A stretch of 63,988 nucleotides of DNA, counting the filler, from Octopus bimaculoides (taxonomy: Eukaryota), in the NCBI RefSeq assembly GCF_001194135.2. It is 5 parts of 5 records of this genome, joined end to end, with 100 filler letters (N's around TTAATTAATTAA, not from the genome) between each part and the next. Parts side by side here need not be neighbours in the genome. Positions count along the whole stretch, not along the records: positions 46,398 to 61,348 come from NC_068987.1; positions 61,449 to 62,827 come from NW_026339534.1; positions 62,928 to 63,988 come from NW_026323589.1; 2 more parts are not named here. The stretch is one strand, 5' to 3'. Shown here in pieces: positions 53,761 to 63,988 of the stretch. Every line of letters begins with the position of its first letter. Positions within the stretch are counted from its first letter, which is position 1. The notes under the pieces were generated by a model. The model had not been told where the DNA came from. It was given only the letters and a program-made list of their open reading frames with translations, and did not search any database. A program made the position numbers and the translations under genes.

Positions 53761-53761
53761 C

Positions 53762-53801
<40 letters not shown>

Positions 53802-54142
53802 ACAGCTGGAAGGACAGAAGGAGGGAATTAGGACAGGAAAAAATGCAAAGAATGGAAGAAAAGAGAACAGCAGTTGGGGTGATAGACAGATGGAATAATC
53901 GATTGAGAGATATGTTGACTGATCGATCATCAACCAAGCATTGACGAATATACATACATACGTGCAATCACACGCACACACACACACTCACAAACACACA
54001 CTCACACACACGTATGCATCCCATTCCTTCCCTTACTTCCCGTTTTCCTTCACATATGTAGAAATATATGCATGTATATATATATATATATATATAATAA
54101 CTCACACGCACACATATATATATGTATATATNNNNNNNNNNT

Positions 54143-54390
54143 TCTGGCATGGCTGCGTGGTAAGAAGTTTGCTTTCTAACCACATGAATCTGAGTTTAGT
54201 CCAAGTGTATGTTTGTACCTCACAATCGCGTCTCAATCGATGTTGGTTGGTTTAAGTGCACGGAATTCGAAAGTGCTACAGTTTAAGTACCTGGCTTCAA
54301 TAAAGTAAGTACTGGGCTCGATTCGTTCGACTAAAATCCCTCAGTGTGTTGTCCCAGCATGAGCGCAGGTTAATGACTAAAATAAGTAAA
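54143..54390 (+). mobile_element. Decayed tRNA-derived SINE
   Basis: gcatggctgcgtggtaagaagtttgc head and ccagcatg..cgcag.ttaatgact tail. Confidence 0.75.
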
Positions 54391-54416
54391 GTATGCGTGT
54401 TTATATATACAAACAT

Positions 54417-54460
<44 letters not shown>

Positions 54461-54782
54461 GTAGATATATTTACGCACGCAGACATCAATCGCATAAAAC
54501 AAACGCGTAACATTTCGTTTATATTTACCACTTTTCGTTTTTGTTGTTAGTTCTTTTTTGCTACACAATATAATGCATGTAGAATTTCAGTTCTCAAACA
54601 TGCTCCCCATGATTTAAAGCCGTTGTGTGGATGGATATTCACCTTCTATTTCTAGCATGGCAGATGACCCTCTAGCGGTTCCTCACTACGTTGTTGCTTC
54701 TGTCCCCCAGATTAGTTAAGTTGATGTATTTGGAGATGGTCATGCTATTAGTTTCGCCAATGAAAACACACGCACTACACAC

Positions 54783-55864
54783 TTGGAGTTCATTTGCTTC
54801 AGCTTCATTTTATATTAATTGTATTTCGGCCAGAGTTCTTTCGTGACATTTTTGTGACCTCATCAGTGGCCCTTTGCTTTTTCGTTTCTTTTTTTTTTTT
54901 TGTATCTCAACTTACTAACAACCTGCCATTTTATATTCCTCTTATATGTGTCTTTATTTCCGCATGCGTATATGCCTGTGTGCGTCTTTATTTGTGCAAG
55001 TGTATATCCCTTTATGTGTCTATGTTTAGTAAGTGTGTGTGTGTGGGGGGGGGGAATGTGTATGGTGCCTGCATTGTCAGTATCCCCTGTTTATTCACGT
55101 TCGTTTAATTTACTTCTATTTATTTTATTCATTTGTTTTTATCTTGTTACTTTTTCATTTCTGTCTTTTTTGTATTCGTTTAATTTAAATTATTTTATTT
55201 TGTATATGTTTATAATTATTTAAATCCATTTATTTATCTGTGTATTGAACTAGTTTCATATTTTATTAGCTAATGGGGATCTTCTGTCATAGTTTGTAGT
55301 GTGTTGGGTGTGTGTGCTAGTGTTCCATTCTAGTTTTCTATTTAGGCTAGGTTTATCTTCTATTATGAGAGTAGCTTCTGTAATTTGTCTAAGCGTTGCG
55401 TCTGTTCTATGTTTGGACAAGATTTTAAGTTCTATGCTGTTGAGTGAGCTCCCGTGTTCCCGCTCCACGTGCTGGTATAGAACCGATGTGCTCCGCTCTT
55501 CTATAAGTTCCCTCCAATGATTATTTACCCGCTCTCCTATATTCCGTGTTGTCTCCTCTACGTATGTTGTCTTGCTTCTGCATCTTCCATAGTACATCTT
55601 ATACTATATACTACATTCCTAGCTTTACAGTTTGTTTGTGGGCTAAATCTACATACAATACAGTTCCTATCAGTACAGGGGTTCTACTAAAGGAATAGGT
55701 TCTATCCATTAGGGATTTGATAGGGTTACCTGGCCTTTCTACAACCTTAATTCGTAGCTTAAGCTTGTCTAGGATCCTTTGATATTTGTGGCTATCATAC
55801 TATGAGTTGGCCTTCCCTATTTTCTTTTTAGTCCTTTCAATGGTTTTCCATGACTTGCTCTATA
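54783..55864 (-). mobile_element. Penelope-like element copy A, 3' part (thumb, GIY-YIG endonuclease, pLTR)
   Basis: ORF 55256-55597 TYVEETTRNIGERVNNHWREL...LRQITEATLIIEDKPSLNRK is GIY-YIG-like. The segment is a reverse-complement match to about 60105-61182. Confidence 0.85.
54828..54871 (-). ncRNA. Hammerhead motif in the PLE copy A pLTR
   Basis: rc: GGCCA-CTGATGA-G GTCACA aaaa TGTCAC-GAAA-G aa C-T-C-TGGCC. Perfect 5-bp stem I and canonical core; one stem II mismatch. Confidence 0.75.
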
Positions 55865-55870
55865 TACTAG

Positions 55871-56528
55871 TTACCCTAAAACGTCACCTGTTTAAGTTTA
55901 ACAAAATATACACCTAGGATAAGGGGGTGGCTATCAGGGTTATCATCGCTGGAGATGTGGCCAACCTTTTTATGGTATGGTGGTATTGTGGGACAGGTGG
56001 CGTAAAGAACGTCTATACTCAGGAACATGTACTCACGCTATGGCGATGATATCAACATAGTTGTAAAGGCACCTCCACAAGAGAGTACCCTTGAAATAGA
56101 AATAGAAGTTAATAGTATGGAGAGCATCCAACAAATAGCTAACTCTATCCACCATAGACTACCAGTACTAGGTACAGAACTCTGGCTGAAATCTGTGAAT
56201 AATAAAACCCAAATCCTCCACTCACACTGTGCTAAACCTTTGACCTTCAAATACCTGATCCGCCGGAATTCAGCTATCGCAGACAATGTTAAATTCAATA
56301 TATTGATGGCAGACCTCATCAGAGTAATGAGCAATGTGTCCCGCATGTGCGACACTAGAGAGCTAAAGAGATACGTACAACTCTTTATTCACTGCATACA
56401 GTTCTCAGGATACAGCCATAGAGAAAGGATCAGAGTATAAAGGAGCCATGAGGAAACCTGAAACTATCATACGTAACGATAGGAATGGGATTTGACCATT
56501 CTATAGGAGCAAGTCATGGAATACCATT
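55871..56528 (+). mobile_element. PLE copy A reverse-transcriptase segment, inverted relative to its 3' part
   Basis: F.FNKIYT*DKGVAI..IAGDVANLFM, YSRYGDDINIVV, LPVLGTELW and C.KP...FSGY match PLE-type RT motifs. Confidence 0.85.
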
Positions 56529-56533
56529 AATTT

Positions 56534-56700
56534 GATTTGTTAGGGTTACCGGCCTTTCTACAGCCTAAATTCTTAGCTTAAGCTTGTCTAGGCTCCTTCT
56601 AAAGCGGTACGCCAGTTCACGTCTTGGAGTGGTGTGGACGAACATGACACTCTGGTATTTGTGGTTATGACACCATGAGCTGGCCTTCCCTATTTTCTTC
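56534..56700 (-). mobile_element. Second inverted PLE segment (post-thumb region)
   Basis: Reverse-complement match to about 60130-60295. Confidence 0.8.
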
Positions 56701-57406
56701 AATCCTACTTCTCTTCACCCCTATTCTTTTTCTCTTTTTCTCTCTTCTCTCATACCCACCTTCCCCTTCCCCCTTCATCGTCAACCCTCTCTTCTAAGCC
56801 CACCCCACACCTATACCCTCCTACCCCAGCTTCCCTATCCTTCCCAACCCACCCAATCCCATGCCTTACACCCTTTCGCACATACCCCACCTCTACACCC
56901 ACCTTCTACCTACCCACATTCCCCACCTCTACCCCCAACCCCCTACCTACCCACATACCCCACCTCTACCCCACCTCTACCCCACCTCTACCCCACCTCT
57001 ACCCCACCCTCATTCTAACCTACACCCCACCCGTGTTTTCCCCACTTTCGCCTCTTCCACCTCCCAACACCATCACACCACACCACACTATACCATACTA
57101 CACAACACATTACATCACAACACACCGCCCCGCACACATCAGCACTGACCAATTCCTTTCCCCACATTTTCACACCTACACATACATACACGCACACGCC
57201 AAGATCACCAGCCCTCTTTCACACGCACATACATACTCTCTTACACACGCGCACCCTCGTTTTGAGATCACTACTACCTTGTTATCTCCCCTTCTTCTTA
57301 GCTCTCCTGTGTGACCCTTCTGTCCAGCATTCGCCATGATAGATCGCTAACCACTACACACATTTTTTTTCTCTCCTTGTTTCTCACTTTGTTTCTTTCT
57401 GTGTTC

Positions 57407-57442
57407 CTTTCTGTGGAAGAGCGTAGACTCGAAACATTAAAG
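57407..57442 (+). ncRNA. Decayed variant hammerhead motif (family of 25573-25608)
   Basis: CTTT-CTGTGGA-A-GAGC gtag ACTC-GAAA-CATT-AAAG. The flanking ~150 bp resembles 25540-25700. Confidence 0.45.
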
Positions 57443-58293
57443 ACTTTTCCAATTCCCGAGCGTTATACTAATACCTCTGTTTGTTTTCTACACCATATGT
57501 CTTCGTCTGTTGGGCTTTTTTTGTGAATTCTCCCTATATATATATATATATATACACATACAAACACAACCGTGTATGTATATGTACACACAGACACGGA
57601 AATGCACAATATCTGTATATGTGTGTTTGTGTGTGACTTCGTAATATGCTTCTCTAGTTTACACATTACTATAAAGCTCTATTTCAACTCGAATGATGCT
57701 CTGTCGGTAGCGAATGACGTATTCTATACATCTAAAACGCTTTGCTCTCCATGGACTAAGAAGTGGTGATTATTTGTGAAGACTGCTTAATTCAGATGTT
57801 CTGCAATAAGTGATATACATTTAGCCCAACTTCTCTCTAGAGCTGTAAATTCAAAGAATGTTGGTGCTAAAAGTGATAAAAGATACACATATGTATCTGC
57901 TATTCTATTGAGTACTTTATATATATGTACATAAATATATATACCCACATGATTATATAGTATATATACATATATATAATGTATATTCATGAGTGTATAT
58001 NNNNNNNNNNNNNNNNNNNNNNNNNNNNNNNNNNNNNNNNNNNNNNNNNNNNNNNNNNNNNNNNNNNNNNNNNNNNNNNNNNNNNNNNNNNNNNNNNNNN
58101 NNNNNNNNNNNNNNNNNNNNNNNNNNNNNNNNNNNNNNNNNNNNNNNNNNNNNNNNNNNNNNNNNNNNNNNNNNNNNNNNNNNNNNNNNNNNNNNNNNNN
58201 NNNNNNNNNNNNNNNNNNNNNNNNNNNNNNNNNNNNNNNNNNNNNNNNNNNNNNNNNNNNNNNNNNNNNNNNNNNNNNNNNNNNNNNNNNNNN

Positions 58294-58352
<59 letters not shown>

Positions 58353-58634
58353 CATATATATACATACATATACTATATATACATATATACTAATTGCTAG
58401 CGAAGAAACAGTATTTTGTTTTGCAAGCATAATATACTACTAAGTATATTAAACTTTCATAAGTCAATATATGCTACGTGTTATTTTGTTCTATCAGTGC
58501 GTTATTCTTGCTTTTAAGTTTATCTCTATAGGTTTTCCATGGTTCCATAGAATTCAGAACCAGAACTGCAAGTTGCGACGTTTCGTATACGAATACATCC
58601 ATGTAAACAGCGTGATCGAAGATAAAAAAGAAAA

Positions 58635-59514
58635 TAGAGGGTACCCAAAAGAGACCAGAATTTTGCAATATTATTTTATTCACTTAGTTTTACATGTTTA
58701 CACCTGTATTGCCTTCAAAGTATTCTCCATTTGAAGCAATGCATCGGTCCAGGCGTATTTTCCACTATTCAAAACTGCTGGAACTCTTGTGAAATGATGC
58801 CTTATAAAGCCTCTTTCTTTTCTTTTTTCTTTACCTCTTCCACATCTGCAAATTCCTCCGCAGCAACTTTCGTCATCAGTGATAACCTTCGAAGAAAGGT
58901 CCGGATCAATTTCCAACTCTTCTTCCATCATGCATTCAATCGTGACTGCTTTTGACCTTCCATGAGCAAGCGAGGCGCAAAAATTTGTTGCATCTCTTTT
59001 CTTTCACAATTCCTTGCTCAAAAGTCTTTGGCATGAACTCCAGGAGATATTTGTCGCATCAATAAGTTCGTCAATTGTTTGGTGACGTTCCTCCAAGATC
59101 AGTTCATGAATATTCCTTATGTTTTCATTCGTTCAGGAGGTCGACAGTTACCCGGAATGAGATTGGTCTTGAAGCGACAAGTGACCATTCTTAAAGCGTG
59201 AAAACCTCTCGCAAACTTGTGTTTTGCTTATGTCACCGGCCTTGTAAAGCTGTTTGAAGCTTGGCAACTGTTTCGGCTGCCGTTTTCTAAGCAGAAAATA
59301 GAATTTTACGGAAGCACGTGAAATCGACGAACACGGGAGAAGCACTGCAAAACAAAGACGCGCCACGTAGCAGTACGACCTCAGACGACGACGCTAATCG
59401 GCAAACTGATCGTTGAGGGGTTGCATCTAGAGGCTTCTAGCGGTTGAAGCCTGAACTACAACGGGCTTGTACTGCAGAGAACGTTTCCAGTTACTTTTGG
59501 GTACCCCAACCGTA
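58635..59514 (-). mobile_element. Internally deleted mariner transposon
   Basis: TIR cores GGGTACCCAAAAG at both ends. The minus strand gives an HTH (SKTQVCERFSRFKNG) and VITDDESC; the region after this first catalytic Asp is deleted. Confidence 0.85.
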
Positions 59515-61182
59515 TGTTGGTATTGTGGGACAGACGGCTTAAAGAATGTCTGACACAGAACTCCATACTCATGAACATGTACTCTCGCTATGGCGATGAT
59601 ATCAACATACTTGTAAAGGCACCTCTACAAGAGAATACCCTTGAAATAGAAATAGAAGCTAATAGTATGGAGAGCATCCAACAAATAGTTAACTCCATCC
59701 ACCAGAGCATTAAGGTCACAATAGACTACCCTACGAAATACCCGAACCATAGACTACCAATACTAGATACAGAACTCTGGCTGGAATCTGTGAATAATAA
59801 AACCCAAATCCTCCATTCACTCTATGCCAAACCTATGGCCTCTAAAAACCTGATCCATCGGATTTAAGCTATCGCAGACAATGCTAAATTCAATATATTG
59901 ATGGGAGACCTCATCAGAGTAATGAGAAATGTGTCCCGCATGTGCGACCCTAGAGAACTAAAGAGATACATACAACACTTCATTCACCGCATGCAGTTCT
60001 CAGGATACAACCATAAAGAAAGTATCAGAGTATATAACGGAGCCATGAGGAAACCTGAAACTATCATACGTAACGATAGGAATGGAATTTCCCCATTCTA
60101 TAGGAATGGAATACCATTGAAAGAACTAAGAAGAAAATAGGGAAGGTCAACCTCATGTTATAATAGCCACAAATACCAGAGTGTCATTTTCGTCGACACC
60201 ACCCCTAGAGGCGAACTGGAGTACCGCTTTAGAAGGATCCTAGACAAGCCTAAGCTAAGAATTAAGGTTGTAGAAAAGTCAGGTAACCCTAATCTTTAGA
60301 ACTTACCCTTTTAGTAGAACATCCTGTCCTGATAGGAACTGTATTGTATGTAGATTCAGCCCCTAAACAAACAGTAAAGCTAAGAATGTAGTATATAATA
60401 TAAGATGTACAGGGGACGGTGCAGAAATAAGACAACGACGTACGTAGAGGAGACAACACAGAGCATAGGAGAGCGGGTAAATGATCATTGAAGGGAACTT
60501 ATGGAAGAGAAGAGCACATCGGTGCTATACTAGCACGCGGAGCGGGAAAACGGGAGCTCACTTAACAACAAAAAAGTTAAAATCTTGTCCACACATAGAA
60601 CAGACGCAACACTTACACAAATTACAGAAGCTACACACATAATTGAAGATAAATCTTGCCTAAATAGAAAACTAAAATGGATCAGTAGCTCCCCACACAC
60701 ACACGCAAACACCACAACCTATGACAGAATAAGATCTCCATAAACTAATATTAATATGAAACTAATACAATATACGGGTAAATAAATAGAATTAAATAAT
60801 TATATACACAAACACAATAAAATAAATTAAAATAATACAAAACAGAAAGGAATGATAAAGTAGATAAAAACAATTGAATAAAATAAATAAAACTAAATTA
60901 AACTAACGTGAATAAACAGGGGATACTGATAATGCAGGTACCATACACATTCCTACACACACACACTTACTAAATATAGGCACACACAAGGATATACGCA
61001 TGCGCAACTAAAAACTCATACAAGAGGAATATAAAATGGCAGATTGTAAGTAAGTAGAGAAGCAAAATAAAAATAAAAAAAAAGAAAGCAAAGGACCACT
61101 GATAAGGTCGCAGAATTGTGACGAAAGAACTCTAGCCGAAATACCATTAATATAAAATAAAACTGAAGCAAATGAACACCAA
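59515..61182 (+). mobile_element. Penelope-like element copy B, 5'-truncated: RT (RYGDD, LPILD), thumb, CxxC linker, GIY-YIG, pLTR
   Basis: ORFs 59514-59867 and 59898-60140, then CIVC..KNVVY.I.C and TYVGETT..IGER. Stops and frameshifts present. Confidence 0.88.
61094..61137 (+). ncRNA. Decayed hammerhead motif in the PLE copy B pLTR
   Basis: GACCA-CTGATAA-G GTCGCA gaat TGTGAC-GAAA-G aa C-T-C-TAGCC. G8 is changed to A; stem II is intact. Confidence 0.65.
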
Positions 61183-61308
61183 ATATATATTGCGTATGTT
61201 TTCGTTGGCTAAATTGGCAACATGACCATCCCCAAATACAACAATATCTGTTTCAACACACGAAGTCACATCAAGAATCTTGCATAACGAATATATACAC
61301 GTAATATA

Positions 61309-61348
<40 letters not shown>

Positions 61349-62067
61349 NNNNNNNNNNNNNNNNNNNNNNNNNNNNNNNNNNNNNNNNNNNNTTAATTAA
61401 TTAANNNNNNNNNNNNNNNNNNNNNNNNNNNNNNNNNNNNNNNNNNNNCTGATGGAACCATTTTGGGAGAGAAAAAAAAAAAAGGATTATTATCGATATA
61501 GAAGTATATTACACAAGATAAAACTATATCTTCAAAAACTACAGAATTGTGAAAACAAGATTATGAAAAATTGGAGATTATGTTGCTTTTATTTTTACTT
61601 CATTGTTCAGCCATTTTTAAAGAATATCTCGAAAATATCTAAAATTTTGTAACTATGTATAGAGGAAAGGTTTCTATCAATTAGTTTACACTTTTAATTA
61701 AACACTATCTTATTAATATTTCCAAATGCTTGATAATCTAAATCCCCCATCTCTCTCTCTGCTACCTGCCTGATTGCCTGCATGAATATCCTGTCCCACC
61801 ATTGCTTGAACAAACATACCTACATATACACAAATACAGATATAAATGTATAGAAGAATAAGATATAATCTAGAACCAATACTGCTTTTATATATATATA
61901 AAACAAAAATTAAAGTAGATGACAGATTATCGTAGGTCAAGTACCTTTATCATTGGAATACAAAATACATAATAAGTTCATCAAGATGTTAGGTTTCAAG
62001 AACTCCAATATTACATCACAGAAAAAAAAGTATTACATAAAAGTATTATTAAAAGCAGTATTACATA

Positions 62068-62151
62068 ACTTTACAATCGTTTCGTGGAATGTGTTTATAT
62101 TGGACAAGTTTTCCAGGCGATACAAGCAGTCACATTTCTCTCATCAGCAGT
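62068..62151 (-). ncRNA. Type-I hammerhead with long stem II (left arm)
   Basis: rc: ACTG-CTGATGA-GAGAAATGTG...CACATTCCAC-GAAA-C gatt G-T-A-AAGT; GUA site. Confidence 0.72.
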
Positions 62152-62559
62152 ACAAATAGATCAATTAAAACAGTTGAAAAATTGAGAAAGCTTAAAATAT
62201 CTCCTACTTGCAGAACTTGAAGTCATAATGTTATATATTTTTTTTAATGTTATAGTGTTTTTATACTATTTTTAATTATCAGCAACCCAACTGTCTTATA
62301 TGGTTAACCGGGTTGAACCCAAAATTTGAATCCTCATTTTATTTTATTTTATTTCATTTTTACAAATATTTTAAATTTCACTTTCATTTGCACAAATGTT
62401 TTACTTCACAAAGCCTTTCTGTATCATTGTGAACTTTTTTTTAAATACTATAAAAATACTATAACATTTCTTTAAAAAAAACTATAACATTTTAAAAAGA
62501 AATATAACATTATCAATATGACTTCAAGTTCTGTAAACTATTTTAATCGATATATTTGT

Positions 62560-62642
62560 ACCTCTGATGAAAGAAATGCAACTATTTGTATCGGCTGGAA
62601 AACTCCCCAATACAAATGCATTCCTCGAAATGATCATAAGGT
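62560..62642 (+). ncRNA. Type-I hammerhead with long stem II (right arm)
   Basis: ACCT-CTGATGA-AAGAAATGCA..ATTTGTAT..ATACAAAT GCATTCCTC-GAAA-T gatc A-T-A-AGGT. Palindromic stem III ATGATCAT; AUA site. Confidence 0.78.
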
Positions 62643-62927
62643 TATGTAATAGTGCTTTTCTTTGGATTGTAATATTAGAACACTTGAAACCTAACATCTC
62701 ATTGAACTTTCTGTGTATTTTGTATTCCCATGATAAAGGAACTTGACCTACGATAATCTGTCATCCACTTTTATTTTTGTTATATTTTGCTCATACTGAG
62801 CACTAATTAGGTGCGCTCCTTTTTTCTNNNNNNNNNNNNNNNNNNNNNNNNNNNNNNNNNNNNNNNNNNNNTTAATTAATTAANNNNNNNNNNNNNNNNN
62901 NNNNNNNNNNNNNNNNNNNNNNNNNNN

Positions 62928-62962
<35 letters not shown>

Positions 62963-63716
62963 GAACTAAATATACTCATATGAATATAAATAGGCGTATA
63001 TGTCCATTCATGTGTTTGTTGTATGCGTGCGATTATATGTGTGTGTGTGTGTATATATATGTGTGTGTGTGTGTGTTTGTGTGCATATATATACACATTT
63101 ATATATCTTTACTATAATGGAGCAAGCTACTTATTAATTAGCTATGGTATATAACAATTACTAAAAGCACTAAAAGAAGCAATTTTTAAAGGGTTGACCG
63201 TCTGGAAATATTTTTATAAACTCATGTTCTAAGATATTTCTGCTATTATGTGAATATATATTTATATAACTTATATGTTCATCTAAGTATAGTAGTGAAT
63301 AATTTTATGGGATATAATAAACAAGGATTTCTTGAATTCGGTAAATTTGTTATTCATATATAATCTTATATGGAACGTAATCATTTGCAGCTTGATTACC
63401 ACCACCATAATCTCTCGCCACTTTCCACTTTAATTAATCCTCAGTTATTCATTGGACACACTCTCTCGAAAGCGTTGGGCCGCCAGGAAAGTAAGTGTAA
63501 TTCAAACTTCCCGCTTCAACCTGAAAATAAACATGTTTTCGCTGTGAAATGCGCAGCAATAGAAGACGTTCAGGATGAAATGAAAATGGTGATGGTAATG
63601 GTGGTGAGGATGGTGATCATGATGGTGATCAGGATAACTGAGAAATGCGTCCGTATGTGTATACATATACAGATATATCTACACATACACACACACAGAA
63701 AAACACACACACATTC

Positions 63717-63988
63717 TGTGCTCGTGAAATTAACGTGCAAGTGGCTGAGCACTCCACAGACACGTGTACCCTTAATGTAGTTCTCGGGGATATTCAACGT
63801 GACACAGTGTGACAAGGCTGACCCCTTTGAATTACAGGCACAACAGAAACAGGAAGTAAGAGTGAGAGAAAGCTGTGGTGGAGGAGTACAGCAGGGTCCG
63901 CCACTATCCCCTGCCGGAGCCTCGTGGAGCTTTAGGTGTTTTCGCTCAATAAACACTCACAATGCCCGTTCTGGGAATTGAAACCGCA
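63717..63988 (-). mobile_element. tRNA-derived SINE (family of 19919-20298), cut by the window end
   Basis: Reverse-complement match to the 19.9-kb copy. Confidence 0.9.

Larger units (their letters stand above)
61898..62785. mobile_element. ~890-bp foldback element with ~280-340-bp inverted arms, each carrying a hammerhead
   Basis: Left arm about 61898-62235 is the reverse complement of right arm about 62500-62785 (shared gatgacagattatcgtaggtcaagt, gatgttaggtttcaag and gaacttgaagtcata). AT-rich spacer between the arms. Confidence 0.85.

Noticed and set aside
58866-58878. Minus-strand CTGATGA-C-GAAA hammerhead-like core
   Set aside because: There is no room for stem II, and it is the mariner VITDDES coding sequence.
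61713-61800. Minus-strand peptide RERDGGFRLSSIWK resembling a PLE GIY-YIG C-terminus
   Set aside because: Too short to support as a feature without a homology search.

Overview
AT-rich, microsatellite-dense, gapped animal genomic DNA. The SINE/LINE and microsatellite make-up suggests a coleoid cephalopod such as Octopus; this is inference from recognised repeat sequences, not a database search. The only gene I can name confidently is the 3' half of a GOT1/GOLT1B vesicle-transport gene: + strand exons 85-263, 1660-1741 and 4875-4913, with canonical splice sites and consistent phases. The rest is mostly transposon debris: three tRNA-derived SINE families, RTE-type and L1/Tx1-type LINE 3' ends, three decayed mariner elements, and two rearranged copies of a Penelope-like element (PLE; RT plus GIY-YIG) at about 54.8-61.2 kb. 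The main signal that the ORF track does not explain is RNA structure. I count 13 minimal type-I hammerhead-ribozyme (HHR) motifs, intact or decayed, on both strands and in roughly 9 sequence families. Notable contexts are (i) a ~890-bp foldback element whose inverted arms each carry an outward-facing HHR (61.9-62.8 kb), (ii) a 278-bp TIR-bounded chimera of a tRNA-like Pol III head, a (TAA)n tract and an HHR (40.3-40.6 kb), (iii) two different HHRs in tandem about 180 nt apart (25.57-25.79 kb), and (iv) HHRs in both PLE pLTRs. A weaker signal is a chain of exon-like, partly stop-interrupted segments on the minus strand (about 7-26 kb), which may be an unidentified or decaying gene or may be chance. 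Most ORFs in the supplied track are microsatellite or N-gap artefacts. All folds were paired by eye; none were computed.
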